This document shows, in pieces, positions 8,878 to 18,521 of a stretch of 25,770 nt of DNA. The notes under the pieces were generated by a model. It ran no database searches. It was not told the DNA's origin and was given only the letters and a program-made list of their open reading frames with translations. The stretch is from Candidatus Methylomirabilia bacterium (lineage in GTDB: Bacteria > Methylomirabilota > Methylomirabilia > Rokubacteriales > CSP1-6): the NCBI GenBank assembly GCA_041497895.1, contig JBGQHJ010000065.1, forward strand, positions 1-25,770. Reading direction: 5' to 3'. Each line of letters opens with the position of its first letter. The first letter of the stretch is position 1. The translations under genes and the position numbers were made by a program.

Positions 8878-9705
8878 TCAGCGCCCGCCCGGCTTGAGGC
8901 CGGTCGCCCCGTAATAGTTGAAGGTGAACACGAAATGCCCCGCCGCGTCGGCGCGCTCGATGGCGGCCAGCCATCGGGCGGCCCGCCCGGGGCCGATCAG
9001 CCCGAATTGCATGGCGATCTCGGCCCGCCGCTTCAGCAGGTTGTGGGTGAACGGGTCCAGGCTCCGCACCTGGTAGACGTCGGCCAGGAGCCGCACCCGC
9101 TCGAGGCCGAGCTCCACCAGGCGCCGGACGAGGGTCCGGCCCGAGTAGGGCTCGGGGTACATCCGGGCGGCCACGCCCTCGAAGATGAGGCGGGTGAGGG
9201 CGCGATCGGGGTGATCCAGCACCTGGGTCCCGAAGTCCTGATCCTGCAGCCCCACCACCCCGCCCGGCCTGGTCACCCGCACCAGCTCGCGGAGCATCGC
9301 CCGCGGCCGCGCCACGTGGAGCAGCACCGTCACCGCGAGGGCGCAGTCGAAGCGTCCGGCCCGGAACGGCAGCGCGGCCGCGTCGCCCCACCGGAAATCG
9401 AGGCGCCGGCCGAGGCCCTCCTCGCGCGTTCGCTGCCGGGCCGCGGCCATGAGCACGCGGCTCCGGTCCACGCCGGTGACATGGCCGCGTGGCCCCACCA
9501 GCGCCGCGACGTCGCGGGCGACCACGCCGCTGCCCGAGCCCACCTCGACGACGCTCCAGCCCGGGGCGATGCGACAGAAGCGCAGGAAGCGACGCCGCAG
9601 GCGCGTCTGGGTGGGCGTGCGCCCGCGTGACTCCATCATGCGCACGTAGCGCGCCGGATCGGGCTGGCGGTCGATGGCCCGCCACGGATCGGGATGCGGG
9701 GCCAT
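8878..9705 (-). CDS. Class I SAM-dependent methyltransferase (UbiE-like)
   Basis: Motif I VVEVGSGSG, VTGVDRS, GDAAALPF..FD and ELVRVTRPGG. ATG at 9705; an alternative in-frame GTG at 9720 overlaps the HAD stop. Confidence 0.88.
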   Translation of the reverse strand: MAPHPDPWRAIDRQPDPARYVRMMESRGRTPTQTRLRRRFLRFCRIAPGWSVVEVGSGSGVVARDVAALVGPRGHVTGVDRSRVLMAAARQRTREEGLGRRLDFRWGDAAALPFRAGRFDCALAVTVLLHVARPRAMLRELVRVTRPGGVVGLQDQDFGTQVLDHPDRALTRLIFEGVAARMYPEPYSGRTLVRRLVELGLERVRLLADVYQVRSLDPFTHNLLKRRAEIAMQFGLIGPGRAARWLAAIERADAAGHFVFTFNYYGATGLKPGGR

Positions 9706-9716
9706 GGCCGGCCGCG

Positions 9717-10562
9717 TCACGCGAAGGGCTCGGGGAACAGCTCGCCGAGGAGGCGGAGGAGGCCGCCCTCCGCCGCGGACGGCGCCACGCGGTCCGCGGC
9801 CCGCCGCACCGCCTCCGGGGCGTGCGGCATCGCGACGCCGAGCCCGGCCTCGCGGAGCATCTCGATGTCGTTCTCCTGGTCGCCGACCGCGACGACGCGG
9901 TCCAGGGCCACGCCCACGTGCGCGGCGAGCGGGCCGAGGGCGGCGCCCTTCGAGGCCGCGACCGGGATGATCTCGAGGTAGTCCTGACGGGTGCGCACCA
10001 GGCGGCCGTGCTCGGCCACGATCGGGGTGAGCTCGCCCCGCACGATGTCGAGGTCGCGGGGGTGGCCGATGAGCAGGCTCTTGATGAACGATCCCAGGCC
10101 GAGGAACTCCTCCAGGTCCGGGACCACGTCGACGGTGAGTCCCTCCTCGTCGCAGTAGCGCCGCACCGCGAGCGTCCGCTCCCAGCAGAAGAGCCGGTCG
10201 TCGCGGTAGAAGATCGGATGCACCGGCGCCTGCGAGACCACCGTCCACGCCCGGCCCAGCACGCCGCGCGGCAGCGTGAGCGAGAGGAGGTCGGGCCCAC
10301 CCTGCGCTCCGCGCACGACCGCGCCGTTGTAGTAGATGACCGGCGCGGTGATGCCGAGCTCGTCGCGGTACGGATCCGCCGCGGCGGGCATGCGGCCGGT
10401 GGCGAGCGAGATCGCGAGCCCGCGCGCGGCGGCGCGGTGAAAGGCCTCCACGAGCGCCGGGTCGAGCCGCATCGAGTCGTCGAGGAGAGTTCCGTCGAGG
10501 TCGCAGACCAGCAGGTCGTAGCGGGCCGGCGCCGCGCCGTCGCGCCCGCCGGCCGGACTCAC
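9717..10562 (-). CDS. Cof-type HAD-IIB family hydrolase (phosphatase)
   Basis: Motifs DLDGTLL, LATGR, IYYNGA, SKGAAL and GDQEND. GTG start at 10562 overlaps the upstream stop (GTGA). Confidence 0.9.
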   Translation of the reverse strand: MSPAGGRDGAAPARYDLLVCDLDGTLLDDSMRLDPALVEAFHRAAARGLAISLATGRMPAAADPYRDELGITAPVIYYNGAVVRGAQGGPDLLSLTLPRGVLGRAWTVVSQAPVHPIFYRDDRLFCWERTLAVRRYCDEEGLTVDVVPDLEEFLGLGSFIKSLLIGHPRDLDIVRGELTPIVAEHGRLVRTRQDYLEIIPVAASKGAALGPLAAHVGVALDRVVAVGDQENDIEMLREAGLGVAMPHAPEAVRRAADRVAPSAAEGGLLRLLGELFPEPFA

Positions 10563-10804
10563 GCCCGGCGCTCGCCCTGCTGGAAGCGCGCCGCGCACTC
10601 GCGGCTGCAGAAGTAGGCGGGCGCCCCGCCCGCCTCCCCACGGATCGCGCGCGACATGAGCACGTAGGTCTGGCAGACCGGGTCCTTGACCAGTTCGTCG
10701 CGGCGGGGCGGCGCCGAGGGCAGGCGCCCGCGCAGGGACGACGGCAGGCGCGAGAGCGCGATCACGACCAGGACGAGGCAGCCCAGGATCAGCAGCGCGC
10801 GCAT
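10559..10804 (-). CDS. Small membrane-anchored YHS/TRASH-domain protein
   Basis: Hydrophobic N-terminus, then KDPVCQTYV...YFCSREC, a metal-binding YHS/TRASH signature. Confidence 0.8.
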   Translation of the reverse strand: MRALLILGCLVLVVIALSRLPSSLRGRLPSAPPRRDELVKDPVCQTYVLMSRAIRGEAGGAPAYFCSRECAARFQQGERRA

Positions 10805-10811
10805 GGCGCGG

Positions 10812-11048
10812 TCAGCGGGGGTCGGGCCGGATCGAGAGCGAGCGGAGGAAGTCGCGATCCTGCTCGGTCAGGTCGAAGCCCTCGGAGGCCTCGGCGCCCC
10901 GCGCGCCGGAGAAGAAGATGCCGGTCTCGGCCCCGCGCCGCAGGATCTCCTGCACCGCCTCGCGGGAGGCCTCGGTGGCCTTCATCGACAGCTCGATGGC
11001 GCGGAGCAGCTTGTCCATCAGCCGATCCGCGGGGCGCTCTTGCGTCAT
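10812..11048 (-). CDS. Small hypothetical protein (78 aa)
   Basis: ATG start, G/C-ending codon bias, protein-like composition; fills the gap exactly and stops 7 nt before the YHS gene start. Confidence 0.7.
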   Translation of the reverse strand: MTQERPADRLMDKLLRAIELSMKATEASREAVQEILRRGAETGIFFSGARGAEASEGFDLTEQDRDFLRSLSIRPDPR

Positions 11049-11054
11049 GCGCTT

Positions 11055-11064
11055 TACGATAGCA
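11055..11064. promoter_or_regulatory. Candidate overlapping divergent -10 elements
   Basis: Minus strand TGcTATCGT (extended -10-like) lies 7 nt before the ATG at 11048; plus strand TACGAT at 11055-11060 faces the NUDIX gene. The divergent spacer is only 38 bp. Confidence 0.4.
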
Positions 11065-11086
11065 CACTGGCGCGGCGAGACTCCCC

Positions 11087-11644
11087 GTGCCCCCCGATGC
11101 CGGCAACCGCGAGTGGCGCTTCATCCGCAGCACCGAGCGTGAGCGGCTCGGCAAGCTCACCCTGCGGGAGGACGTCTGGCGCCTGCCTACCGGCATCGAG
11201 CGGACCTACCCGATCCTGCACGTGGGCCCGACGGTGGGCGTGGTGCCGTTCGTGGACGGCGAGCGCGTTCTCCTCGTCCGCCAGTTCCGCCACCTGGCCC
11301 GCGCCGACTCCTGGGAGCTGCCCGGCGGCGGCGCGCTCCCCGGCGAGAGCCCGGAGGCGGCCGCGCAGCGGGAGCTCCGCGAGGAGGGCGGCTACCGCGC
11401 GGGGCGCCTCACGTTCCTGACCCGCTTCCTGCCGTCGGCGGCCTATCTCGACGAGACCGCGTACTGCTACCTCGGGGAGGACCTGGTCGCGGACCCGCTC
11501 GCCTCCGACGACGACGAGTTCTTCGAGCGCCGCGCCGTCTCCTTTCGCGAGGCGGTGGCGATGGCGCTCGACGACCGCATCACCGAGTCGGTCTCCAAGC
11601 TCGCCCTCCTCGCCGCCGCCCTGCGCCTGAACGTCCGCCCCTGA
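11087..11644 (+). CDS. NUDIX hydrolase (ADP-ribose pyrophosphatase-like)
   Basis: Nudix box GGGALPGESPEAAAQRELREEGG, preceded by LVRQFRH...WELPG, with a DDDE loop. Confidence 0.9.
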   Translation: MPPDAGNREWRFIRSTERERLGKLTLREDVWRLPTGIERTYPILHVGPTVGVVPFVDGERVLLVRQFRHLARADSWELPGGGALPGESPEAAAQRELREEGGYRAGRLTFLTRFLPSAAYLDETAYCYLGEDLVADPLASDDDEFFERRAVSFREAVAMALDDRITESVSKLALLAAALRLNVRP

Positions 11645-11656
11645 GCCCCGCGGCTC

Positions 11657-12394
11657 CTAGTACGTGGCGCGGCCGCCGGAGAGGTCGTAGACCGCGCCGG
11701 TGCTGAACGAGCACTCGTCGGAGGCGAGCCAGGCCACGAGCGCGGCGACCTCCTCCGGCCTGCCGACGCGGCCCATCGGGATCTTCGAGATCAGGAGGTC
11801 GACCGTGCTCGGCTCCATCTGCTTGAGCAGCTCGGTGCCGATCACCGCGGGGGCCACCGCGTTGACGAGGATGCCGCGGGTCGCGACCTCCTTGGCCAGG
11901 GCTTTGGTGAGGCCGATGACGCCAGCCTTGGCGGTGGAGTAGGGCACCAGCGTCGGGTTGCCCTCCTTCCCCGCGATCGAGGCGATGTTGACGATGCGCC
12001 CGCTCCCCTGGCGCAGCATGACCTTCACCGCGGCCCGGCAGCACAGGAACACGCTGGTGAGGTCCACGTCGATCACCCGCTGCCAGTCCTCGTCGCCGAG
12101 CTCCCAGATCGGGAACGACCGCCCGGTGATGCCCGCGTTGTTCACGAGGACATCCAGACGGCTCCACATTTGCTCCACGCGGGCTATCGCGCCGTCCACG
12201 TCGCGGACGCGGGTGACGTCGGCGACGAGGGCGAGCGCGTCCCGCCCGATCGCGCGGGCCGCCGCCTGCACCGCGTCGCCGTCCTGGTCGAGCAGCGCCA
12301 CCCGCAGGCCGTCGGCGGCGAGGCGGGTGGCGATGGCGAGCCCGATGCCGCGGGCGGCGCCGGTCACGAGGGCGGTCTTCTCCGAGGGCGCCAT
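11657..12394 (-). CDS. Short-chain dehydrogenase/reductase (resembles the 2-keto-3-deoxy-L-rhamnonate dehydrogenase LRA5-type subfamily)
   Basis: Start MAPSEKTALVTGAARGIG; NNAG; ASIAGKEGNP; catalytic YSTAK; C-terminal ECSFSTGAVYDLSGGRATY. Confidence 0.88.
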   Translation of the reverse strand: MAPSEKTALVTGAARGIGLAIATRLAADGLRVALLDQDGDAVQAAARAIGRDALALVADVTRVRDVDGAIARVEQMWSRLDVLVNNAGITGRSFPIWELGDEDWQRVIDVDLTSVFLCCRAAVKVMLRQGSGRIVNIASIAGKEGNPTLVPYSTAKAGVIGLTKALAKEVATRGILVNAVAPAVIGTELLKQMEPSTVDLLISKIPMGRVGRPEEVAALVAWLASDECSFSTGAVYDLSGGRATY

Positions 12395-12396
12395 CG

Positions 12397-12708
12397 CTAG
12401 TAGGCCGGCGGGGCGTACACCGAGAGGAAGAAGAGCGGCCCCGCGCCCGGGTTCTTCACGTGATGGCGCGAGCCCGCCGGGATCAGGGCGCAGGCCCCGG
12501 GCCTCGCGTGGTGCTCCGCGCCCTCGATGGTCACGATCGCGTGGCCCTCGATCACGTAGACGATCTGGTCGGCGGCGTGCGTCTCCTCCGGCCCCGCGTC
12601 CTGGCCGGGGCCGATGGTCATGACCGCGGTCTGGCTCCGCGTGGTCTCCTGCAGCACCTCGAAGAACTGTCCCTTGTGACGGGCGACGTCGATCACCGGC
12701 TGGGTCAT
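12397..12708 (-). CDS. Cupin-domain protein (103 aa)
   Basis: C-terminal part of the 12397..13791 ORF, from MTQPVIDV. Cupin motifs EETHAADQIVYVIEG and IPAGSRHHVKN. ATGA overlap with the permease stop. Confidence 0.85.
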   Translation of the reverse strand: MTQPVIDVARHKGQFFEVLQETTRSQTAVMTIGPGQDAGPEETHAADQIVYVIEGHAIVTIEGAEHHARPGACALIPAGSRHHVKNPGAGPLFFLSVYAPPAY

Positions 12709-14453
12709 AGGGCTCCCGTGGTGGCTCCGGCCGAGGCTTCCCGGGGCTCGCGCCAGGCCTGCGTGCGGCGGTGCACGCCCCGCATGAGCGCCCAGTAGCC
12801 GAGGCGGACGGCGAGGCCGATCCCGACGATGCACACCGACATCGCGGCCGCCTGCGCGGCGTCGCCCGCATCGTCCATGAGGAGCACCGCGACCGCGGCC
12901 AGCTCGGTGCCGGGGGCCACCAGGAAGACCACCGCCGAGAGGGTCACCATCGCGTTCAGGAAGAAGTACATGCTGATGGCCACGATGGACGGCAGGGCCA
13001 TCGGCACCGTGACCCGCCAGAAGGTCCGGTAGAACGGCACCCCCAGCGAGGCCGAGACGTTCTCGAACTCGGCGTCCATCTGGCGGAGCGCGGTGGTGGC
13101 GGTGAGGAAGCCCACCGTGAAGTAGTGGATCACGTTCGAGACGATCAGGATGGCGAGGGTCCCGTAGAGCGCGTTGAGCACGCTCCCCGCCGCGTTGAAC
13201 GTGAAGATGTAGGCCAGGCCCAGCACCATCCCCGGGATGGACACCGGCAGCACCGACAGCAGGTAGAGCGGGCCGCTCGCCATCGTGCGGCACTTCTCGA
13301 CCACGTACGCCCCCACGAAGGTGAGCACGGTGCCGATCATCGCGGTCCACGCGGCCACGTAGACGCTGTTCCAGAGCGGAGCGTACCCGCCCACCGTGTC
13401 GAAGCGGTAGTGGCGCAGGGTCGGCGTGAAGTTGTAGGGCCAGCGCATCACGAGGGAGTAGACCACGATCGCCAGGTACATGCCCACGATGGCGCCCCCC
13501 ACCAGCGTGCAGTAGGCGAAGCAGCCCCAGTCCGCGGCGGGCCGCCGCACGGGGGCGAGCGGCTGGGAGGCCGAGGTCACCAGCGCGTAGCGACGCCGCT
13601 GCACCACGCGGTCGACCAGGAAGGCGAGCACCGCCGGGATCAGCAGCACCACCGAGACGGTGGCCCCCATGGTGAAGTTCTGCTGGCCCGAGACCTGGTT
13701 GTAGATCTCGGTCGCCATCACCGAGAACTTCCCCCCGATGGCCTTGGGGGCGCCGAAGTCGGTGATCACGAGGGTGAACACCACGAAGCACGCGCTCACC
13801 AGCCCGAACTTCACTCCGGGCAGGGTCACGGTCAGGAAGGTCTTGAGCGGCCCCGCCCCGAGGGTGCGGGCCGCGTCGTAGAGGCGCGCGTCGGTGGCCG
13901 AGAGCGCGGCCACCAGGATGAGCACCGCGTGGGGGAAGCAGTAGAACACCTCGGCCAGCACGATGCCCTTGGCGCCGTAGATGCCCACGTTGAGCCCGGT
14001 GGTGCGGGTGACGATGCCGTTGTTGCCGAAGACGTAGATGAAGGCGAGCGCCTGCACCAGCGAGGGCGCGAAGAGCGGCAGCATGGCCACGAGCCGCAGG
14101 AGGCCGCGGCCGGGCATCCGGCTGCGGGTCAGGCCGTAGGCGTAGACGAAGGCCAGGACCACCGTGATGGCCATCGAGACCACCGAGACGAAGAGGCTGT
14201 TGACGATGGACTGGGCGATGGCGGGCGTGCCGAAGTAGCGCCGGTAGTTGGCCCAGCCCACGAAGCTGCCGTCGTTGGCGAGCAGGCTGCGCCAGATCAC
14301 CTGCAGCAGCGGGTAGAGCACGAAGAGGTACAGCACGGCCGCGAACAGGGCGACCAGCGCGTAGCGGATGAGGTCCTCGACGCCCCGCCGGTGACCGATC
14401 ACGCGGTCGGGGATCGCGGCCGGCAGGCCGCCCGGGAGCGTGGAGGCCACCAC
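12705..14453 (-). CDS. ABC transporter permease (fused double TM domain, FbpB/putative 2-aminoethylphosphonate type)
   Basis: Many hydrophobic helices; two EAA-like loops (DARLYDAARTLGA and DAEFENVSASLGVP); TDFGAPK motif. Confidence 0.9.
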   Translation of the reverse strand: MVASTLPGGLPAAIPDRVIGHRRGVEDLIRYALVALFAAVLYLFVLYPLLQVIWRSLLANDGSFVGWANYRRYFGTPAIAQSIVNSLFVSVVSMAITVVLAFVYAYGLTRSRMPGRGLLRLVAMLPLFAPSLVQALAFIYVFGNNGIVTRTTGLNVGIYGAKGIVLAEVFYCFPHAVLILVAALSATDARLYDAARTLGAGPLKTFLTVTLPGVKFGLVSACFVVFTLVITDFGAPKAIGGKFSVMATEIYNQVSGQQNFTMGATVSVVLLIPAVLAFLVDRVVQRRRYALVTSASQPLAPVRRPAADWGCFAYCTLVGGAIVGMYLAIVVYSLVMRWPYNFTPTLRHYRFDTVGGYAPLWNSVYVAAWTAMIGTVLTFVGAYVVEKCRTMASGPLYLLSVLPVSIPGMVLGLAYIFTFNAAGSVLNALYGTLAILIVSNVIHYFTVGFLTATTALRQMDAEFENVSASLGVPFYRTFWRVTVPMALPSIVAISMYFFLNAMVTLSAVVFLVAPGTELAAVAVLLMDDAGDAAQAAAMSVCIVGIGLAVRLGYWALMRGVHRRTQAWREPREASAGATTGAL

Positions 14454-14454
14454 G

Positions 14455-15552
14455 CTAGACCGCGGCCGGGAAGACCCGGAGCGCGTCGGGGCGGAGCGAG
14501 AGCGCCAGCTCCGAGCCCTCCGCCGCGCCCAGGGCCGCGAAGGCGGTCGCGGCCACGTCGCACTCGAGCGCGGGAGACCCGTCGGGCAGGGCCAGGCTCA
14601 GCCGGGTGAAGGGCCCCAGGAACTGGATCGCGCGGATGCGCGTGAGCAGCCGGTTCTCGGTGCCGTCGGCGGCCGCGCCGACCTGGATCTCCTCGGGCCG
14701 GATCGCGAGGGTGAGCCGGGTGCCCGCCGCGAGCGGCGTGGCGCCCCCGTGGCGCATCTCCACCCCGCCCATGCGCGCCCAGCCGGCGCGCTCGCCCGCG
14801 ATGGCCTCGAGGAAGTTCATCTGGCCGACGAAGCGCGCCACGAAGGGCGACCGCGGCCGCGTGTACACCTCGACCGGGGTGCCCACCTGCTCCACCACCC
14901 CGTGGTTCATGACCACGATGCGGTCGGCCATGGCCAGGGCCTCCTCCTGGTCGTGGGTCACCATGATGGTGGTGACGCCGAGCCGGCGCTGGAGCGCGCG
15001 GATCTCGTGGCGCAGGCTCTGCCGCACTCGCGCGTCCAGCGCGGAGAGCGGCTCGTCCAGCAGGAGCAGCGCGGGGGACGGGGCGAGCGCGCGGGCGAGC
15101 GCGATGCGCTGCTGCTCCCCGCCCGAGAGCTGCGCCGGGTACTTGGCCTTGTGCGCGGCGAGCCCCACGAGGGCCAGCAGCTCGTCCACGCGGCGCTGGA
15201 TCTGGGCCCGCGGCGTCCCGCGCGTCTCGAGCCCGTAGGCCACGTTGCGGGCCACCGTGAGGTTCGGGAAGAGCGCGTACGACTGGAAGACGATGCCGTA
15301 GTTGCGCAGGCTGGGCGGCAGGCCGGAGACGTCGCGCCCGGCCATCAGGACCAGCCCCGCGTTCTGCCGCTCGAGCCCCGCGATGATCCGCAGCAGCGTG
15401 GTCTTGCCGCAGCCGCTCGGCCCCAGGAAGCAGACGAACTCGCCCGGGGCGATCGAGAGGCTGACGTCGCGCAGGGCCACGAACTGGCCGAACTTCTTGG
15501 CGATGCCCTGGAGCGCCACCGCGGCCGGTCGGGACGGGGCGGGCGCGGTCAC
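14455..15552 (-). CDS. ABC transporter ATP-binding protein (putative 2-aminoethylphosphonate type)
   Basis: Walker [10 protein letters not shown]-loop VFQSYALFP, signature LSGGEQQR, Walker B LLLLDEP, VTHD and a TOBE-like tail. GTG at 15552 overlaps the recQ stop. Confidence 0.92.
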   Translation of the reverse strand: MTAPAPSRPAAVALQGIAKKFGQFVALRDVSLSIAPGEFVCFLGPSGCGKTTLLRIIAGLERQNAGLVLMAGRDVSGLPPSLRNYGIVFQSYALFPNLTVARNVAYGLETRGTPRAQIQRRVDELLALVGLAAHKAKYPAQLSGGEQQRIALARALAPSPALLLLDEPLSALDARVRQSLRHEIRALQRRLGVTTIMVTHDQEEALAMADRIVVMNHGVVEQVGTPVEVYTRPRSPFVARFVGQMNFLEAIAGERAGWARMGGVEMRHGGATPLAAGTRLTLAIRPEEIQVGAAADGTENRLLTRIRAIQFLGPFTRLSLALPDGSPALECDVAATAFAALGAAEGSELALSLRPDALRVFPAAV

Positions 15553-17483
15553 GAGGCTCCCGCCTTCGCGGATTCTTCGGCCACGATTCTCAAGAAACCG
15601 GCGCCGTATCGCTCCGCCTTGTGCGGTCCGACCCCGTGGGCCTCCTGAAGCTCGGCCAGGGTCCGCGGCCGCAGCGAGGCGATGTCGCGCAGCGTCCGGT
15701 CGCTCGCGACGATGAACGGGGCGAGGCCCTCGGCCCGCGCCACCGCGAGCCGGTGGCGGCGGAGGGCCTCGAAGAGCCCCTGGGCGGCCGCGTCGAGCTC
15801 GGCCGCCTCGCGGGCGGGCCGGCGACGCGTCGGCTCGCCGCTCCGGCCCGTCGAGGCCGCGGCGCGCCGGGCTGCCGGCGGCAGGAGCAGCCGTGCCGGT
15901 CGCTCCCCTTTCATGACCGCCCGTCCCTCGTCGGTCAGGACGACGACCGGCCGATCCTTCCCGCTGAAGCTCACCCAGCCCGCCGACACGCAGCGGCGGA
16001 GCAGCGCAAGCAGCCAGGTCTCGGCGTGCTCCTTCAGGTTGCCAAAGGTGGGGACCCGGGTGAGGCCGGCCCGCTCGAGCCGCTCGTCCAGCTCGCCGTG
16101 GATGAGCTTGATCACGGTCTGCAACCCGAACCGGCCGTGGACGCGCGCCACCCCCGACAGCGCCTTGCGCACGATCAGCGTCACCCGCTCCGGGTCGCCC
16201 GCCTCGCCCTCGGCCTCGAGCCCCCGGCAGACGTCGCAGCGGCCGCAACCGGCCAGCGTCTCGGCCTCGTCGCCGAAGTAGCGGAGAATCGCGTCGTGAC
16301 GGCAGCTTCCACCCTCGACCCAGCGAATCAGCTCGAGGAACATTCCCCACTTGTGCTCGACCACCGCCGGGTCGGGCTCGCTCCCCTCGGACCCTCGCTC
16401 GAGCAACGCTCGGCGCAGTGCCAGATCGCCCGCGCCGACCAGCAGCAGACCCAGGGCCGGCGCCCCGTCACGGCCCGCCCGGCCGACCTCCTGATAATAG
16501 GCCTCGATCGAACCGGGAGGTGCCAGGTGGATGACCGCCCGCACGTCGGGCCGGTCGATGCCCATGCCGAACGCATTGGTCGCCACCACCACCTCGATCC
16601 GACCCTCGGCGAAGCCCCGCTGGGCGATCTCGCGTGTCCGGCCGTCGAGCCCGGCGTGGTAGGCGGTGGCCCGCCAGCCCTGCCCGCCCAGCCGCTCCGT
16701 CTCCTCCTCCGCCCGCTTCCGCGTGGGGGCGTAGACGATGGCGGTGCCGCGGCCCTGGCCGGGTCCGCCCAGCGCCTCGGCCAGCGCCGAGTCGACCAGG
16801 CGCTCCCGCTCGCGGCGGCCGTCGACCTCCACGGCCCGCAGCGCCAGGTTCGGGCGGGCGAAGCCCCGGACCATCTGCGGCGTATCCGGCGGCAGGCCCA
16901 GCCGGGCGAGGATCTCGTCGCGCACGATGGGCGTCGCGGTGGCGGTGCAGGCGAGCACCCGGGCCCCGGGGAAATCCGCGATCACCCCGCCGATCTCGAG
17001 GTACTCCGGGCGGAAGTCGTGGCCCCACTCGCTGATGCAGTGGGCCTCGTCCACCGCCACCAGGGGCACGTCGAGCTCGCGCAGCATGGCGCGGAAGCCC
17101 GGGAACGCGAGGCGCTCCGGGGCCACGTAGACCAGCGAGAAGGCGCCCGAGGCCAGACGCGCCATGCGGCGGCGCATCTCCGCCGCGTCGAGGGTGGCGG
17201 CCAGGTAGGTCGCGGCAACGCCCCGAGCCTCGAGGGCCTGCACCTGGTCGGCCATGAGCGCCACCAGCGGCGAGATGACCAGCGTCGTCCCGGGCAGGAG
17301 TGTGGCCGGGAGCTGGTAGCTCAGGCTCTTGCCGCCCCCGGTGGGCGCCACCAGCAGAAGGCGCCCCTGGGCGAGCAGGGTCTCCACCGCCTCGCGCTGG
17401 CCCGGCCGGAAGGCCGTGTAGCCGAGCCGCGCGAGGCCGGCGTCGAGGTCGGCTCGATCTATTTCGCGTACCGCTTCTGCCAC
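15549..17483 (-). CDS. recQ: ATP-dependent DNA helicase RecQ
   Basis: [39 protein letters not shown] and [13 protein letters not shown] zinc site (CRH...CGRCDVC), winged helix and C-terminal HRDC domain. Confidence 0.93.
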   Translation of the reverse strand: MAEAVREIDRADLDAGLARLGYTAFRPGQREAVETLLAQGRLLLVAPTGGGKSLSYQLPATLLPGTTLVISPLVALMADQVQALEARGVAATYLAATLDAAEMRRRMARLASGAFSLVYVAPERLAFPGFRAMLRELDVPLVAVDEAHCISEWGHDFRPEYLEIGGVIADFPGARVLACTATATPIVRDEILARLGLPPDTPQMVRGFARPNLALRAVEVDGRRERERLVDSALAEALGGPGQGRGTAIVYAPTRKRAEEETERLGGQGWRATAYHAGLDGRTREIAQRGFAEGRIEVVVATNAFGMGIDRPDVRAVIHLAPPGSIEAYYQEVGRAGRDGAPALGLLLVGAGDLALRRALLERGSEGSEPDPAVVEHKWGMFLELIRWVEGGSCRHDAILRYFGDEAETLAGCGRCDVCRGLEAEGEAGDPERVTLIVRKALSGVARVHGRFGLQTVIKLIHGELDERLERAGLTRVPTFGNLKEHAETWLLALLRRCVSAGWVSFSGKDRPVVVLTDEGRAVMKGERPARLLLPPAARRAAASTGRSGEPTRRRPAREAAELDAAAQGLFEALRRHRLAVARAEGLAPFIVASDRTLRDIASLRPRTLAELQEAHGVGPHKAERYGAGFLRIVAEESAKAGAS

Positions 17484-18478
17484 TCGGCGAGGATCCGGTC
17501 GCGGTTCTTCGCGGACCAGTCGAAGTCGTTCGGGAACACCACCTTGCTGATGTCCTTGGGCAGGCCCTCCGGCACCGGGAAGCCCGGCACGCTGACCGCG
17601 GCGAAGAACTGCGAGGCGATCTTGAGCGACTCGTCGGTGATGGCCCAGTCGAGGAACTGCTTGGCCGCCGGGTTCTTCGCGCCCTTCTTGGTGAGCCCGT
17701 TGGCCTCGATCTCGTAGCCCGAGCCCTCCTTCGGCAGCACCATCACGACCGGCGAGCCCTTCTTGATCATCTCGTGGGCCACGTACTCGAACGACACCCC
17801 GATGGCGCGCTCGCCGGACGCCGAGTCCTTGCAGGGCTTGGAGCCGGACTTGGTGTACTCCGCGATGTTCTTGTCGAGCGCGTCGAGGTACTTCCAGCCC
17901 TCCGCCTCGCCCATGCGCTGCAGGATCGAGACCACCGAGAGATAGCCGGTGCCCGAGGAGGCCGGGTTCGGCATCACCACGTGCCCCTTGTAGGCCGGGT
18001 TGGTGAGATCGGCCCAGCCCGCCGGCTTGGGCAGGTTGTGCTTCTTGCCGGTCTCGGTATTGAAGCAGAAGGCGGACATGTAGATGTCGAGCCCCACCCA
18101 GGAGGGCGGGTTCGCCTTGTCGCGGAAGAGCGGCTGGATGCGCTCCAGGCCCTTCGGGGCGTAGGCCTCCAGCAGGCCCGCGTTCTTGAACTGGAGCATG
18201 TTGGTGGCCCCCACGCCCCAGATCACGTCGGCCTGCATGTTGTCCTTCTCGGCCATGAACCGGGCCGCGATGTCCCCGGTGGAGAGCCGGAGCATCTTCA
18301 CGTCCACGTTCGGCAGCGACTTCTCGTAGGCCTTCTTGTACTCGGCGATCTGCTCGTTCTCGATCGCGGTGTAGATGACCACCGTCTGCTTCTGGGCCGC
18401 GGCGGGGGTGACCGCTCCCAGGCCCAGCGGCGCGGTCACCAACGTGAGGATGAGAGCGCGGCTCGCGCGGGTCAGCAT
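17459..18478 (-). CDS. ABC transporter substrate-binding protein, putative 2-aminoethylphosphonate (PhnS2-like)
   Basis: Signal peptide; VIYTAIE, STGDIAARFMAEKDNMQADVIWG, MPNPASSGTGYL, YTKSGSKPC and [13 protein letters not shown]. Strong RBS AAGGAGG. Confidence 0.88.
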   Translation of the reverse strand: MLTRASRALILTLVTAPLGLGAVTPAAAQKQTVVIYTAIENEQIAEYKKAYEKSLPNVDVKMLRLSTGDIAARFMAEKDNMQADVIWGVGATNMLQFKNAGLLEAYAPKGLERIQPLFRDKANPPSWVGLDIYMSAFCFNTETGKKHNLPKPAGWADLTNPAYKGHVVMPNPASSGTGYLSVVSILQRMGEAEGWKYLDALDKNIAEYTKSGSKPCKDSASGERAIGVSFEYVAHEMIKKGSPVVMVLPKEGSGYEIEANGLTKKGAKNPAAKQFLDWAITDESLKIASQFFAAVSVPGFPVPEGLPKDISKVVFPNDFDWSAKNRDRILAEWQKRYAK

Positions 18479-18521
18479 GGACGCCTCCTTGAAATGGGGT
18501 GAGGAGCCTGGCAGCGGGCCA

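Noticed and set aside
8801..10300. 500-aa N-terminal extension of the 1871-aa kinase ORF
   Set aside because: Low-complexity off-frame translation across the methyltransferase and HAD genes. High GC suppresses stop codons.
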